Shown: positions 1 through 10,192 of the stretch, piece by piece
Layout: each line of letters starts with the position of its first letter
How positions within the stretch are numbered: the stretch's first letter is position 1
DNA from: a virus
DNA length: 64,000 nt
IMG/VR virus record: IMGVR_UViG_3300036770_006954
Coordinates: 1-64,000 of that record
Reading direction: 5' to 3' (one strand)
Made by a program: the position numbers and the translations under genes
Notes under the pieces: model-generated
The model's database searches: none
What the model was told of the DNA's origin: nothing
What the model saw: only the letters and a program-made list of their open reading frames with translations

Positions 1-450
1 TGGTACCCGATGAACCACTTGAACCTGATGTTCCGCTCGTTCCTGAACTTCCTGATGAACCACTTTCTCCCGAAGTTCCCGATGAACCTGAAGTTCCCGA
101 AGTTCCATCTTGTCCTGAAGTTCCCGAAGTACCATCTTGACCTGATGTTCCTGATGAACCTGAAGTTCCGCTCTCACCAGAAGTTCCGCTTGTTCCTGAT
201 GAACCCGAACTACCCGATGAACCACTTGAACCTGAAGTTCCATCCGTACCATCAACACCACTTAATCCTGAAGTTCCTGAAGTACCAGAAGAACCACTTT
301 GTCCTGAGGTTCCTGAAGTACCTGAACTTCCCGAAGTTCCTGATGAACCACTGGTTCCACTTTCTCCTGAAGTTCCTGAGGTACCCGATGAACCACTTGA
401 ACCTGATGTTCCGCTAGTTCCTGATGAACCACTTGTTCCAGAGGTACCAC
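1..450 (-). repeat. 9-nt-period coding repeat encoding (G-[TSEQ]-S)n
   Basis: Recurrent cctgaagtt/cctgatgaa units; a 36-bp exact copy at 2-37 and 380-415. Confidence 0.9.
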
Positions 451-1300
451 CCGTTATTGTAATTGTTATTGCCCCATTTCCATCGTCAGTTACTTGAGCA
501 CCACTAAACGTTATACCTGAAACCGAACTTACAGTTGTTATTCCGTCACCAACTGTTAACGGATTACTACTAGTAAAACCTGTTACTTGAAAACTTTCAC
601 CAAGAGAATTTGTAAGAGTTAAAGTTTCCGTACCGTTCTCGAAAGTTCCTCCAGTTATTGGAGCAGTAAAACCTGTTATTGTGATTGTTCCGCCAGTACT
701 ATTAAATAATTCTAATTCACTGGTCCCCGAAAAATATGTTCCACCTGTAATTTGAATGTCTGTTCCCCAAAAAATTCTCCACCGTGCATTTTCTCTTGTA
801 ACGCCACTTTGTCCCTCGATTGTTGAGCCAGTCCACGCAGTAATAAAAGCTAATCCAGCATCAGAACGGTTGTTTACTGTGGTTGAATATTCCGATTGTG
901 TGATTGCAGAATTTCCTGTTAATCCCGTGAGTGCCGCCCAAAGATTATCATAATCAGGTATATGATATTGATAAACGGTATCTGTTTCATGAACATAAAC
1001 CTGCATTCCCAATCTTCTTCTTCCAGAAGATATGTTGTCGGAATTTAGCGATAACGTGTCTCTAGAAAAAGCGTTATTTAAACCTTTGGAAAATTCAATT
1101 GGTATTGTGTTTGCGGATAATTGTACCGCCCCTTGGGTAACATTACCAAAGGACCAAATTAAATCTTGAAGGTAGTAAACCTCCATATAACCTCCCGTTT
1201 GTAATACCGAAAAATTGGTACCGAAGGTGGAATTTCTTGAAACAGATTCAGCACCACTGATTTGTGACGCTGTTATGGGGTTTTTGTAGGGAAAAGACAT
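1..1300 (-). CDS. Collagen-like (Gly-Thr-Ser/Gly-Ser-Ser) repeat fibre/virion protein, partial (runs off window start); absent from the ORF track
   Basis: Hand translation from ATG at 1300 gives MSFPYKNPITASQISG...RRLGMQVYVHETDTVYQY...ITGGT, then continuous G-X-Y triplets (GTS GSS GTS GES GQS) with no stop to position 1. TATTTATA lies 13 nt upstream. Confidence 0.85.
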   Translation of the reverse strand, partial: MSFPYKNPITASQISGAESVSRNSTFGTNFSVLQTGGYMEVYYLQDLIWSFGNVTQGAVQLSANTIPIEFSKGLNNAFSRDTLSLNSDNISSGRRRLGMQVYVHETDTVYQYHIPDYDNLWAALTGLTGNSAITQSEYSTTVNNRSDAGLAFITAWTGSTIEGQSGVTRENARWRIFWGTDIQITGGTYFSGTSELELFNSTGGTITITGFTAPITGGTFENGTETLTLTNSLGESFQVTGFTSSNPLTVGDGITTVSSVSGITFSGAQVTDDGNGAITITITGGTSGTSGSSGTSGTSGSSGSSGTSGTSGESGTSGSSGTSGSSGTSGTSGQSGSSGTSGTSGLSGVDGTDGTSGSSGSSGSSGSSGTSGTSGESGTSGSSGTSGQDGTSGTSGQDGTSGTSGSSGTSGESGSSGSSGTSGTSGSSGSSGT

Positions 1301-1313
1301 TTTTTGTTTTTTT

Positions 1314-1321
1314 TATAAATA
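1314..1321 (-). promoter_or_regulatory. TATTTAT[ACT] upstream motif, putative late promoter (representative copy)
   Basis: Same motif on the coding strand before many genes on both strands; see findings. Confidence 0.65.
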
Positions 1322-1353
1322 CCGCAGATTAAATGGTTTATTTAAATTTTATG

Positions 1354-3726
1354 TTAAGATTTCGTGTCACCTTTAAAATACAAAGCTGCTGTTAAAGGTG
1401 GTGATGATGGTTGTACGGCAAAAGACCCAAGCCACAATACACGATAAGTTCCCGCAGGAATTGCTCCACCTGATGTTACAGTGACATTTGTACCCGCTAA
1501 AGTTGAATCTGGAATTCCATCGCTAAGGAGGTTTGTTGCACAAGCCGCTCCCGACCCAATATCAATAGTCATATTTGTCATTGTTCCACCCACTCCCGCA
1601 AGTGGTATCCAAATTGAGTAGAAATATTGTTGTCCAACATTTACATCTAATGTTGAAACCTCAATTGTACCGAAGGTGTATTGATTTTGACTACACCCAA
1701 ATGAATCAGTACCCGAACCTATACTTTGTCTAATCGGACCCGTAAAAGATGTTACAGGGGTAATAAACCCATCAACAGGAGTCGACCATCCAGAGAAGTG
1801 AACATAAATGTCCAAATTATTTGAATAATTTGATAAACCAGGAGTTAAACTATTAAAATATCCGTACCAATCTGCTGAATTTTCAAACATATAATTTCCT
1901 AAATTATTTCCTGATGTTGCGTCTTGTGGTTCTGGGAATAGATATGCCACAAATCCTGCCTCAGTAGGAGATGGGGTGGGGGTTGCTGTCGGTGTACCTG
2001 TGTTCGTTGGAGTGTTTGTTTGAGTTGGTGTGTTTGTCGGTGTTGAACTTGGTGTATTGGTTGGTGTTTCACTCGGAGTATTGGTTGGTGTTTCTGTTGG
2101 GGTATTGGTCGGAGTTTCTGTTGGAGTGTTAGTTGGTGTTTCTGTTGGAGTGTTAGTTGGTGTCTCTGTATTTGTCGGAGTTGGTGTATTTGTTGAAGTT
2201 TCCGTAGGAGTTACAGTTGGAGTTGGTGTAGGAGTCGAAGTTTCAGTATTTGTAGGTGTATTGGTTGGAGTTTCACTTGGTGTGTTGGTCGGAGTTTCAG
2301 TCGGAGTGTTAGTTGGAGTCTCTGTAGGAGTTTCACTTGGTGTGTTGGTAGGAGTTTCTGTCGGAGTGTTAGTTGGAGTCTCTGTAGGAGTTTCCGTAGG
2401 AGTTACAGTTGGAGTTGGTGTAGGAGTCGAAGTTTCAGTATTTGTAGGTGTATTGGTTGGAGTTTCACTTGGTGTATTGGTTGGAGTTTCTGTCGGAGTG
2501 CTCGTTGGAGTCTCAGTTGGAGTATTTGTTGGGGTCTCGGTTGGTGTACCTGTAGGGGTTTCTGTCGGGGTATTAGTTGGAGTCTCTGTAGGAGTATTCG
2601 TTGGAGTCTCAGTGTTTGTTGGAGTTGGGGTGTTTGTTGGCGTCTCGGTTGGAGTACCCGTTGGGGTGTTAGTTGGAGTCTCAGTATTTGTTGGTGTTGG
2701 CGTGTTTGTTGGAGTTTCGGTTGGGGTACCTGTTGGTGTTGGCGTGTTTGAAGCCGTTATTGAAGGGGTGGGGGTATTACTAGCAGTAGCCGTTGGGGTT
2801 AGTCCAATAGTTGCTGAAGGAGTCGGAGTTTGAGTCGGAGTTCCACTAGGTGTGTTTGTTGGAGTTTCAGTTGGAGTTCCTGTTGGGGTAGATGTCGTAG
2901 TTTCAGTTGGAGTATTTGTTGGTGTTTCTGTTGGAGTATTTGTCGGTGTTTCTGTATTAGTTGGAGTTGGAGTTGGAGTTGGAGTTTCAGCCGCAGTGGT
3001 CGATGGTGTAGGGGTTGGAGTTTCTGTTGCTGTTGGGGTTAATCCTGTCGTGACAGAAGGGGTTGGAGTGTTAGTCGCTGTTGGAGTAAGAGTGACTGTT
3101 GATGTTGGGGTCGGGGTTGCAAATACTGCTGTTGGTTGGATTAAAATTGTATCTCCAGTAAACGAGAAACTTGAATCCCTGTTGAGAGCGTCAAAATTGG
3201 CACTCGCTAAAAACGCAGTTGTAGAACCCGTTAAATTACCTGGACTGATGGCAATGGCAGATAATGCATTATAACTTCCACCACTTGTAATACCCAAAAT
3301 TTGTTCAATTTGAATATCTATACTAAATTCGAGAGCACGATTTAATGTGGCCTCGTATTCAATATCGATAGAACCAGGATTAACAAATGAAATTAACTCA
3401 AGTACAGGAATTGTTGGTGTCGGTGTCGGTGTACTTGTAGAAGTTGGTGTTGGACTTGGAGGGGTGGGAGTTGGTGTCGGCGTCGGAGTCGCTGTCGGTG
3501 TACCCAAACATAAAACAACACCGTTTATTAACTCATTTCTTGTTACAGAAACATAATATGGGGTCGAACCAGTAGAATTGATGTAAATATCAAAGGGTCC
3601 AATAGCATTAGAACTACTCGGTAATCTTACAATAAAACATTCAGAACCTGTAACAGTAACCTGCTGTTCTACCGAGGTATCACACCCCGGTGCGGTATTA
3701 ACAACGATGATAGTTTCTAACGACAT
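1354..3726 (-). CDS. Pro/Thr-rich mucin-like repeat protein, probable virion surface protein
   Basis: 790 aa with about 390 aa of TPTETPTN repeats between globular N- and C-terminal regions; TATTTATA 11 nt upstream. Confidence 0.8.
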   Translation of the reverse strand: MSLETIIVVNTAPGCDTSVEQQVTVTGSECFIVRLPSSSNAIGPFDIYINSTGSTPYYVSVTRNELINGVVLCLGTPTATPTPTPTPTPPSPTPTSTSTPTPTPTIPVLELISFVNPGSIDIEYEATLNRALEFSIDIQIEQILGITSGGSYNALSAIAISPGNLTGSTTAFLASANFDALNRDSSFSFTGDTILIQPTAVFATPTPTSTVTLTPTATNTPTPSVTTGLTPTATETPTPTPSTTAAETPTPTPTPTNTETPTNTPTETPTNTPTETTTSTPTGTPTETPTNTPSGTPTQTPTPSATIGLTPTATASNTPTPSITASNTPTPTGTPTETPTNTPTPTNTETPTNTPTGTPTETPTNTPTPTNTETPTNTPTETPTNTPTETPTGTPTETPTNTPTETPTSTPTETPTNTPSETPTNTPTNTETSTPTPTPTVTPTETPTETPTNTPTETPTNTPSETPTETPTNTPTETPTNTPSETPTNTPTNTETSTPTPTPTVTPTETSTNTPTPTNTETPTNTPTETPTNTPTETPTNTPTETPTNTPSETPTNTPSSTPTNTPTQTNTPTNTGTPTATPTPSPTEAGFVAYLFPEPQDATSGNNLGNYMFENSADWYGYFNSLTPGLSNYSNNLDIYVHFSGWSTPVDGFITPVTSFTGPIRQSIGSGTDSFGCSQNQYTFGTIEVSTLDVNVGQQYFYSIWIPLAGVGGTMTNMTIDIGSGAACATNLLSDGIPDSTLAGTNVTVTSGGAIPAGTYRVLWLGSFAVQPSSPPLTAALYFKGDTKS
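1960..3120 (-). repeat. Coding tandem repeat (TPT[EN])n with internal duplications
   Basis: 87-bp exact duplication at 2197-2283 and 2389-2475; near-identical 60-bp tandem units starting at 2271 and 2331. Confidence 0.9.
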
Positions 3727-3790
3727 GATTTTTCTATTATAAATACAATTGATTTAATCTTTTATTGAAATTCCACACATTTTTTATACA

Positions 3791-4159
3791 TTACAAAATC
3801 AATTCGCAAGTGGGTATACCTTCACAAAGTGTTTGATTTACTGTTGTGGTAAAATCACAACTTGACTCAGTAACCGTCATAGTTACTGTACAGTCGGCAA
3901 GTTCAACAGAAATAGTAAATCCACAACCAAATGTGCAATCCAATATTCTGAATTTTTCACACCCGTTATTATCAACGAGTGTAAGCATAATCTGTGGTGC
4001 AGAATTAAAAAGGGCAGGTGGATAAAAATATGCATCAGGAGGAATTACACCTGTATTAGTGATTGTACCTAATAAAGTTTGATTATTTCCGTATATGTCA
4101 GAAATAAAAACATTAATGGGTACAGCTCCAGATACTGCTGATATTCTTATCTGTGTCAT
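3791..4159 (-). CDS. Small Cys-containing hypothetical virion protein
   Basis: ORF track 3791-4168; likely start MTQIRIS at 4159, overlapping the upstream stop; LVDNNGC motif resembles the end of an SprB repeat. Confidence 0.65.
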   Translation of the reverse strand: MTQIRISAVSGAVPINVFISDIYGNNQTLLGTITNTGVIPPDAYFYPPALFNSAPQIMLTLVDNNGCEKFRILDCTFGCGFTISVELADCTVTMTVTESSCDFTTTVNQTLCEGIPTCELIL

Positions 4160-7100
4160 GTCAAGCAAATGATGTCATATACTATAATTAGTTTGACACT
4201 CAGTTCTTGACCGATAATTGGGCTATTTGGATTAGCCGAAATTGAAATTTGATTTGTTAATGGGTCTATGACTACTGAAGATACCCCATTAACGCTTTGT
4301 AATAGATTTGTTATAACAGAAAACCAAGTATTATCACTTGGCACATCAACCAAAGTTGTTCCTGTATAGAAAGTATTATTAAGAATTGTATTTTGTGGTT
4401 GAATTTCTACCTGTGCAGTATAAATTGCAGATAATAAATTACAATTGGTATTACCCGAGGTCAAGTCGTTAAACCCTTCAACCAAAATTTGATTAATTCC
4501 GTGTTTGGTTGGAGAAAGAATATTAAATATTTCAGAACCCATAGTATAGGTCTGATAAGTCACACACTTAGTGTTACATTCAATACTTGTTTGTCTGGCA
4601 AGTGAACAACCATTAACATCTTGAACAATCAAAGTATATGTCCCCCCCGTTAATCCTGTAACCGTTATATTTTGTGGGTTACCTTGGATATTATTACTCC
4701 AAGTAAAATTAAAAGGTGCTACCCCTTGTGTTATGAACGCGGTAATGCTACCTTCACTTCCTGAACCACAAGAGGAAGAATAGAGTGAAAACTCAACATT
4801 TGGTGTAGAAGATACCGTAAATGGTGTGGAAATCTGACATCCATCGGAATCGACCACAGTCAACAGGTGTTGACCAACAGATACGTTTGAAAAAGAAACT
4901 GTCGTAAGGTTTGTGCCCACGATGTTGTTTGTTCCATCAATTGAATATGTAAGAGGTAGGGTAGCTCCTGAAGTGACTGAGGCATTTACGATACCACCAG
5001 TGTTTCCACAAGTTGTACCTGTGATTTGTAATGAAATATCGAATTTGTTTTCAGAAATCAACGTAACTTCTTGTGAATAGACACAACCTGTAGTATCTTC
5101 CACAAATATTGTGTAGGTTCCCGTGGCAAGATTAGAAAAAATCTCAGTTGTTTGATTACTTGTTACAACATCAGTATTTGCGTTGGGGTCGATGATTGTG
5201 TAAGTGTATGGTGAAATACCCCCAATTACTTGTACTGTTATTTGTCCGTTATTGGCTGAACATTGTGAATTTATTGTGGAAACATTTACAGATGAAATTC
5301 CCCCAGGACTCGTTATCGATGTTGTTGCATTTAAACTACAAAGAGCGGCATCGGTTACTTGAAAAGAATAATTACCACTTGATAATCCTGATAGGGTTAA
5401 ACTTGTGGAGTAGCTTATTTCAACATATCCTGTACTTGCAGAATAATAATAAGGTGCCGTCCCACCTGTAACAACAATTGTTACACTTCCATTTGCCTCG
5501 AAACAAGTGGGGGGGACGGAAGTAAAGGTTCCAAGACCAATTGGGTCAACTTCTTCAACCAAAGCATTTTGAGTTAGTTGACAACCGTAAAAATCAGTCA
5601 CCTGAACAGAATAAACCCCTTGTGTTAATCCTGTTATACTACTTGTTGTTTCCCCATTGTTCCATAGATAAGAAAATGGTGGAGTTCCAGTAATCCCAGT
5701 CACATAAATTTTTCCCAATGGACTGGTATCACACGATGCATCAGGAACAATATACAATCCGTAGTTAAGGGGTGAGGATTGTTGTACAATAAAGTTTTGG
5801 CTGTAACCCGTCGCGCCACCTAAATCAAAACCGTACAGGTAGTAAGTACCCGCCGATAAACTTGTGAATTCGACAGTGCCTGTGTTAGTGACCGCTGAGG
5901 TAACATACACATCATCACCAGTGTATAGATAGTAGTTTGTTGTTGCAAAAACAGAAGAAGATGTCCCTGTAACTGAACCGTTGTTTAATCCACAAGTGGT
6001 TGAATTTACATTCAAAACAGAAACACACAAACAATCCGATACAATGATGTTGATAAAAAATTCATTATTTACTGGAAGTTGCGAATCGTTGGCTCTAACA
6101 AAATAAGTTCCCGCTGGTAGGTTATCCTTGAATGCCCCGAGACCCAATTCAGGATTATACCAATCAAAAGTGTACGGACCAACCCCACCTGAAGGTTCAA
6201 TAAGTACAGCACCAAAACCTGTCTCACAGGCACCCGTTACATTTAATGTGTAATCAAATACTAACCCGTTACCAAATCCTGGTGAACTTGACGATGGTGT
6301 GGGGGTTACAGTCGCTGGTGTTGTAGTTGGGGTAGGAGTGGGGAAAGGTGTGATTGTTGGAGTTGGAGTCAAAGAAATTCCACAAGGGTCATCTGAACAT
6401 GTTGAAATGAATGTTGCATTAACTTCTCCATTTGGTGGTCCGATAAATAATGGGTCAAATGGATAAGTGTTTCCCGAATATAAATTACCACTTACGGTTA
6501 TCGAACTTGTTATAGATTGCCCCGATAATGAACAAATGTTGAAAACTAAATTGGATGATGAACCCGTCACTTGTGTTGGTGTCCCATCACAAGCCGTATA
6601 ATCAACATAAATTTTTCCATCGTCCGCCAAAATCGGAAGAGCCAAACCGATTTCCATTTCGGTACATTCACAACATGGAAAGTTCAAAAGACATGGGGCA
6701 CAACCATCATATGTTATAAAAACTTGTGGTCCACCAGACCCCCCTAATGAAGTCACGGTATAACATGTCTCATTATAAACCGTAACAGTACCAATTGTAA
6801 CACTTACCGAACCTACCACCGCTTCTAAGGTATCGCTAGGGTCACAACAATTTGTTAATATCACATTAGTAGAACCGGTTACTATAAGACAACCCCCACC
6901 ATAATCTAATGTACATTGGTCACAGTCTGCACTTCCGTTTGTAATTGTTGCAAAACCTGGTGGAGTATAGTCTAACAATTGACCAACTTGGGAGGTTGTT
7001 GCCGACCAACAAATAGTACCTTGGATTGTATCTCCTGTTGACACATAACTTAATCCATTGACAAATGAACCAACCGACCCATCGATTATAGGGTTACATG

Positions 7101-7179
7101 GTTGAATTGAATTTAAAAAAATTCCCTCTCCGTAACAACAAGTTAGATATAATGAATTCGAACAAGACATATTATGCAA
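4156..7179 (-). CDS. SprB-repeat, Cys-rich adhesin-like virion protein
   Basis: About 7 repeats of C..G.(I/V)...GG..PY.Y.W....L..G.Y...V.D..GC; Cys-rich N-terminus; short PT linker. Confidence 0.75.
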   Translation of the reverse strand: MHNMSCSNSLYLTCCYGEGIFLNSIQPCNPIIDGSVGSFVNGLSYVSTGDTIQGTICWSATTSQVGQLLDYTPPGFATITNGSADCDQCTLDYGGGCLIVTGSTNVILTNCCDPSDTLEAVVGSVSVTIGTVTVYNETCYTVTSLGGSGGPQVFITYDGCAPCLLNFPCCECTEMEIGLALPILADDGKIYVDYTACDGTPTQVTGSSSNLVFNICSLSGQSITSSITVSGNLYSGNTYPFDPLFIGPPNGEVNATFISTCSDDPCGISLTPTPTITPFPTPTPTTTPATVTPTPSSSSPGFGNGLVFDYTLNVTGACETGFGAVLIEPSGGVGPYTFDWYNPELGLGAFKDNLPAGTYFVRANDSQLPVNNEFFINIIVSDCLCVSVLNVNSTTCGLNNGSVTGTSSSVFATTNYYLYTGDDVYVTSAVTNTGTVEFTSLSAGTYYLYGFDLGGATGYSQNFIVQQSSPLNYGLYIVPDASCDTSPLGKIYVTGITGTPPFSYLWNNGETTSSITGLTQGVYSVQVTDFYGCQLTQNALVEEVDPIGLGTFTSVPPTCFEANGSVTIVVTGGTAPYYYSASTGYVEISYSTSLTLSGLSSGNYSFQVTDAALCSLNATTSITSPGGISSVNVSTINSQCSANNGQITVQVIGGISPYTYTIIDPNANTDVVTSNQTTEIFSNLATGTYTIFVEDTTGCVYSQEVTLISENKFDISLQITGTTCGNTGGIVNASVTSGATLPLTYSIDGTNNIVGTNLTTVSFSNVSVGQHLLTVVDSDGCQISTPFTVSSTPNVEFSLYSSSCGSGSEGSITAFITQGVAPFNFTWSNNIQGNPQNITVTGLTGGTYTLIVQDVNGCSLARQTSIECNTKCVTYQTYTMGSEIFNILSPTKHGINQILVEGFNDLTSGNTNCNLLSAIYTAQVEIQPQNTILNNTFYTGTTLVDVPSDNTWFSVITNLLQSVNGVSSVVIDPLTNQISISANPNSPIIGQELSVKLIIVYDIICLT

Positions 7180-10100
7180 CCACTAATTCTTCCTCCAATT
7201 GACTCTGAACCACCTCAGGACAATCAAGACTAATATTTATTCCCACATTAAGTGAAACTTCTTGAAGAGAGTTTTCTAAAACACAATTAAGATTAGTAAT
7301 TGTCAAGAAGTTTCCGTTTAAAGTATAGGTGTAACCGTATTGATATAAATTGTTAAGATTATCAATAAGTGTTTGTCTCCACAAAAAGGCTGATGGGGTA
7401 TCATTAATTCCATACCCCTGATAGAATGGTACATTAATTATGACCTGATTTCCGATTGTAAGATTCAAAAACCATTCTGATGAAATAGAATTTGGATTGT
7501 ATAATCCTTGGTTTGAACCAACAGAGGTAAGATAGTTATTTACTCGATTTGTAAGAATTGATTGAAAGTCCGATACTGTCGTATCACCATTCAACCATGG
7601 ATAAATAAAGAAATCCACATATTCAGTGTTACAATCGTAATCAAATATGTTGGAAATAATGAAACACGGTTGAGATTCAACAGGAATCAACTGACAACCC
7701 CTTTGTCTACGATAAACAAACTTTTGTTTGTGGAAGATGGAGTTTTCCAATCTTGTTCCCGCATTCCAAAGAGTGGTGGCAGCAATCATCTGTTCAATTA
7801 ACTTGGGCCAAAATGGACCCATTGCATCAACATACTCAATCAATTTTTGGTATGTGTATTTGTTGTTTGGTAAACCGACAGTTTGCTCAGATTGAATGTA
7901 CTTCCAAAATATAGATTGAAGAGTTGGGTAACCCCCCGTTTTGCCGTCAGTAATGTAAAGACGGTTACGAGTGTTAATCATATTCTGCCAGAATGTCTGA
8001 TAAAACTCAAAGAATGTTTTCTTTTGTGGCTCTGGGTCGATGAAGGTATCATCAATCCCACCTGGTGAGGGGAAGTTAGCAGTGAAACCTGACTCAGGAA
8101 TTGGGTAGTTATACAACCTCGATTGATTCCAAACATCATAAGCCAATCCCTGACCGACATTCATAAATAAATCTATGTTCTTAACATTAAGAACAAGTTT
8201 TTCATCATCGGTAAAATAGTATGCCTCGAATCCTGATTGAACGTCAACTCTTAATCTATTATCAGTTTGTAACCAAGACTTTTTATTGTCAGGAATTTTT
8301 CTGAGTTTAAACGAATCAGACATATAAGGGAACTGTTCGTACCTTTGAAGGTATATTCCACCATATGTGAAGGGTTGAAGTTGGGTCTGAACATCAACAT
8401 TCTGTCCCGTAAAGACATCACCTGTTACGGTAACTTGGTTAGGACTTCTGTGGTCGGGGGTTTGTTCGTACCAACCCGCACCTTCTTGGAAGAACACACC
8501 ATTGGTTCCTGTGGGGTTAGGTGATTGAGGGAAACCAAGTTCATCAACAGGATAGTCGTTTCTTCGGATATTAACACTTTGGAAAGTGGTAGAAGTTGTG
8601 TAGGCAGTGAATAGTTGACCTCTAATTGAAAATGTGTTACCTGGGGAAAGTGCTGGTTGTTCATTAATATATGTTCCACCCGATAACTGAGCAAACTGAG
8701 AGTTAAAGTTTTCCATATTTACTCTTTGGTCCGCCAAATAGATGTACTCATTAAAATCAATAAGTGCGTCAGGTGCTCCGATTAAACGAAGTAAAAATTC
8801 AATTGACCTTCTTGTCCCTTTTGATTTGAAAAGGTAAGCCGAGTTCAACACAAGGTTTCTGTAGAATTGGTAATTCAATTCAGTCGGAGTCTGAGCTCTT
8901 GAAAAACCTGGATATTCAATCTGTGAGGTGTTACCAAAAACACTTGAAAGAAAATCTTCATTTGTAATTGGTGAGAAATTGTTACTCCACCCTAAAGTTT
9001 GGGATAAGTTGAATAACAACTGGGAGGGGATGTCGTTTTGTGGGACATAATGAACTGAGTTCATGTTCGCCAACGCGTCGATATACTGTTTGATTTGGTC
9101 GAAACTTCTTCCATAAATCTGAAGTATCTTTTCAACCTTTTGACCTAAGGTATCAAATTCTTTAATTGAAGCTGTCACTAAAAATCTTGAAATCAGATTG
9201 GTCTTGTATGTATCCAAATCTTCCGCAACATCAGCAAGTTTTGTAAGATAGTTGTCAAATCTAAATGAACTAATATCTAAGTTCCAGTTACCATCTTTAG
9301 GGAATGTTACTTGAACATAAGATGTGTAGAACTGACCCCCTTGGTTTTGTGCAGGTACTTGGAAATTGGCAGTGTATTCAGGACGGATAAGACGGTTCAT
9401 TAAGAACTGTTCTACTTCGTCGTAGTTTTCTTGGAAGACCTTATCGACAATGTAGTTGCTCGGTCTAATCAAAAAGTCTTCAGTGGTACTTGTAATTCCC
9501 GAGGCAAAAGGAGAACCCGAAACAACAAACTCCAAGTTTCCTGAAATCTGTGTGGCAGGTGCAACATAATCTACAACAGGATATGTCTGTCCTTGGTAAT
9601 CTAAAACATAATTTAAAAAACTACGGGTTAAATTTCTGTATTGTGACGTTTCAATCTCCCTAACCATCATGTTGGTGGTCGCACTCTGTGAAAACTCAAT
9701 CTGAAATGGATTGTACACACTACCAACAGGAATTAAGAAAGTCGTTTCATCTTCAACAGGGTCATAAGAAATGTTGGTTGCAGTCTGACCGGTTGTGAAT
9801 TCGGGCATCACCTTACGGATGTCTAAAGCTGCAGGGAAGAAATTAATAATATGAGTTACCGAAACTTGTAATCTCTTGGCTAATGAACCATATAGAGAAA
9901 AGTTAAGAACTTGTGAAACATCATAATTTGGATAAACTCTAAATTGTGACTGTATAATTCTTCTACTCTCCTCCATTGAATTCACATCCAAATTCTCAAG
10001 AGAAATCGGATTAGAGAATGTACCAATTGAGAAAGTCCTGTTTACCTTTTCGGTTACCGAGGTGGTAAAATCAAAAACCGATGAAGTAAGTCCTCCCCCT

Positions 10101-10192
10101 TCGACAAGCTGAAAACCAACTATGTCGTCAAAAGCGCCTACTCCATTTCCAGGTGCCGGAGGATAAAAAAACTTCGTCGTGTTTACCGCCAT
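7172..10192 (-). CDS. Baseplate wedge protein (T4 gp7 / P2 gpI-like)
   Basis: AYLFKSKGTRRSIEFLLRLIG matches the Y..KGT...I..LL motif of this family; baseplate gene context. Confidence 0.6.
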   Translation of the reverse strand: MAVNTTKFFYPPAPGNGVGAFDDIVGFQLVEGGGLTSSVFDFTTSVTEKVNRTFSIGTFSNPISLENLDVNSMEESRRIIQSQFRVYPNYDVSQVLNFSLYGSLAKRLQVSVTHIINFFPAALDIRKVMPEFTTGQTATNISYDPVEDETTFLIPVGSVYNPFQIEFSQSATTNMMVREIETSQYRNLTRSFLNYVLDYQGQTYPVVDYVAPATQISGNLEFVVSGSPFASGITSTTEDFLIRPSNYIVDKVFQENYDEVEQFLMNRLIRPEYTANFQVPAQNQGGQFYTSYVQVTFPKDGNWNLDISSFRFDNYLTKLADVAEDLDTYKTNLISRFLVTASIKEFDTLGQKVEKILQIYGRSFDQIKQYIDALANMNSVHYVPQNDIPSQLLFNLSQTLGWSNNFSPITNEDFLSSVFGNTSQIEYPGFSRAQTPTELNYQFYRNLVLNSAYLFKSKGTRRSIEFLLRLIGAPDALIDFNEYIYLADQRVNMENFNSQFAQLSGGTYINEQPALSPGNTFSIRGQLFTAYTTSTTFQSVNIRRNDYPVDELGFPQSPNPTGTNGVFFQEGAGWYEQTPDHRSPNQVTVTGDVFTGQNVDVQTQLQPFTYGGIYLQRYEQFPYMSDSFKLRKIPDNKKSWLQTDNRLRVDVQSGFEAYYFTDDEKLVLNVKNIDLFMNVGQGLAYDVWNQSRLYNYPIPESGFTANFPSPGGIDDTFIDPEPQKKTFFEFYQTFWQNMINTRNRLYITDGKTGGYPTLQSIFWKYIQSEQTVGLPNNKYTYQKLIEYVDAMGPFWPKLIEQMIAATTLWNAGTRLENSIFHKQKFVYRRQRGCQLIPVESQPCFIISNIFDYDCNTEYVDFFIYPWLNGDTTVSDFQSILTNRVNNYLTSVGSNQGLYNPNSISSEWFLNLTIGNQVIINVPFYQGYGINDTPSAFLWRQTLIDNLNNLYQYGYTYTLNGNFLTITNLNCVLENSLQEVSLNVGINISLDCPEVVQSQLEEELVVA

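Noticed and set aside
10-450. ORF-track ORFs 10-417 (+) and 262-450 (-)
   Set aside because: Shadow frames of the 9-nt repeat; the real frame is the Gly-X-Y frame starting at 1300
1-3120. Possible CRISPR array or non-coding repeat
   Set aside because: Repeats are codon-periodic and degenerate at third positions, with no constant repeat/unique spacer structure; no cas genes
2030-3556. Plus-strand Val/Gly-rich ORFs (VGVSVGV)
   Set aside because: Antisense read-through of the Pro/Thr repeat gene
3746-3792. Plus-strand TTGAAA-N16-TACATT antisense promoter
   Set aside because: Weak match in very AT-rich DNA with no downstream plus-strand gene
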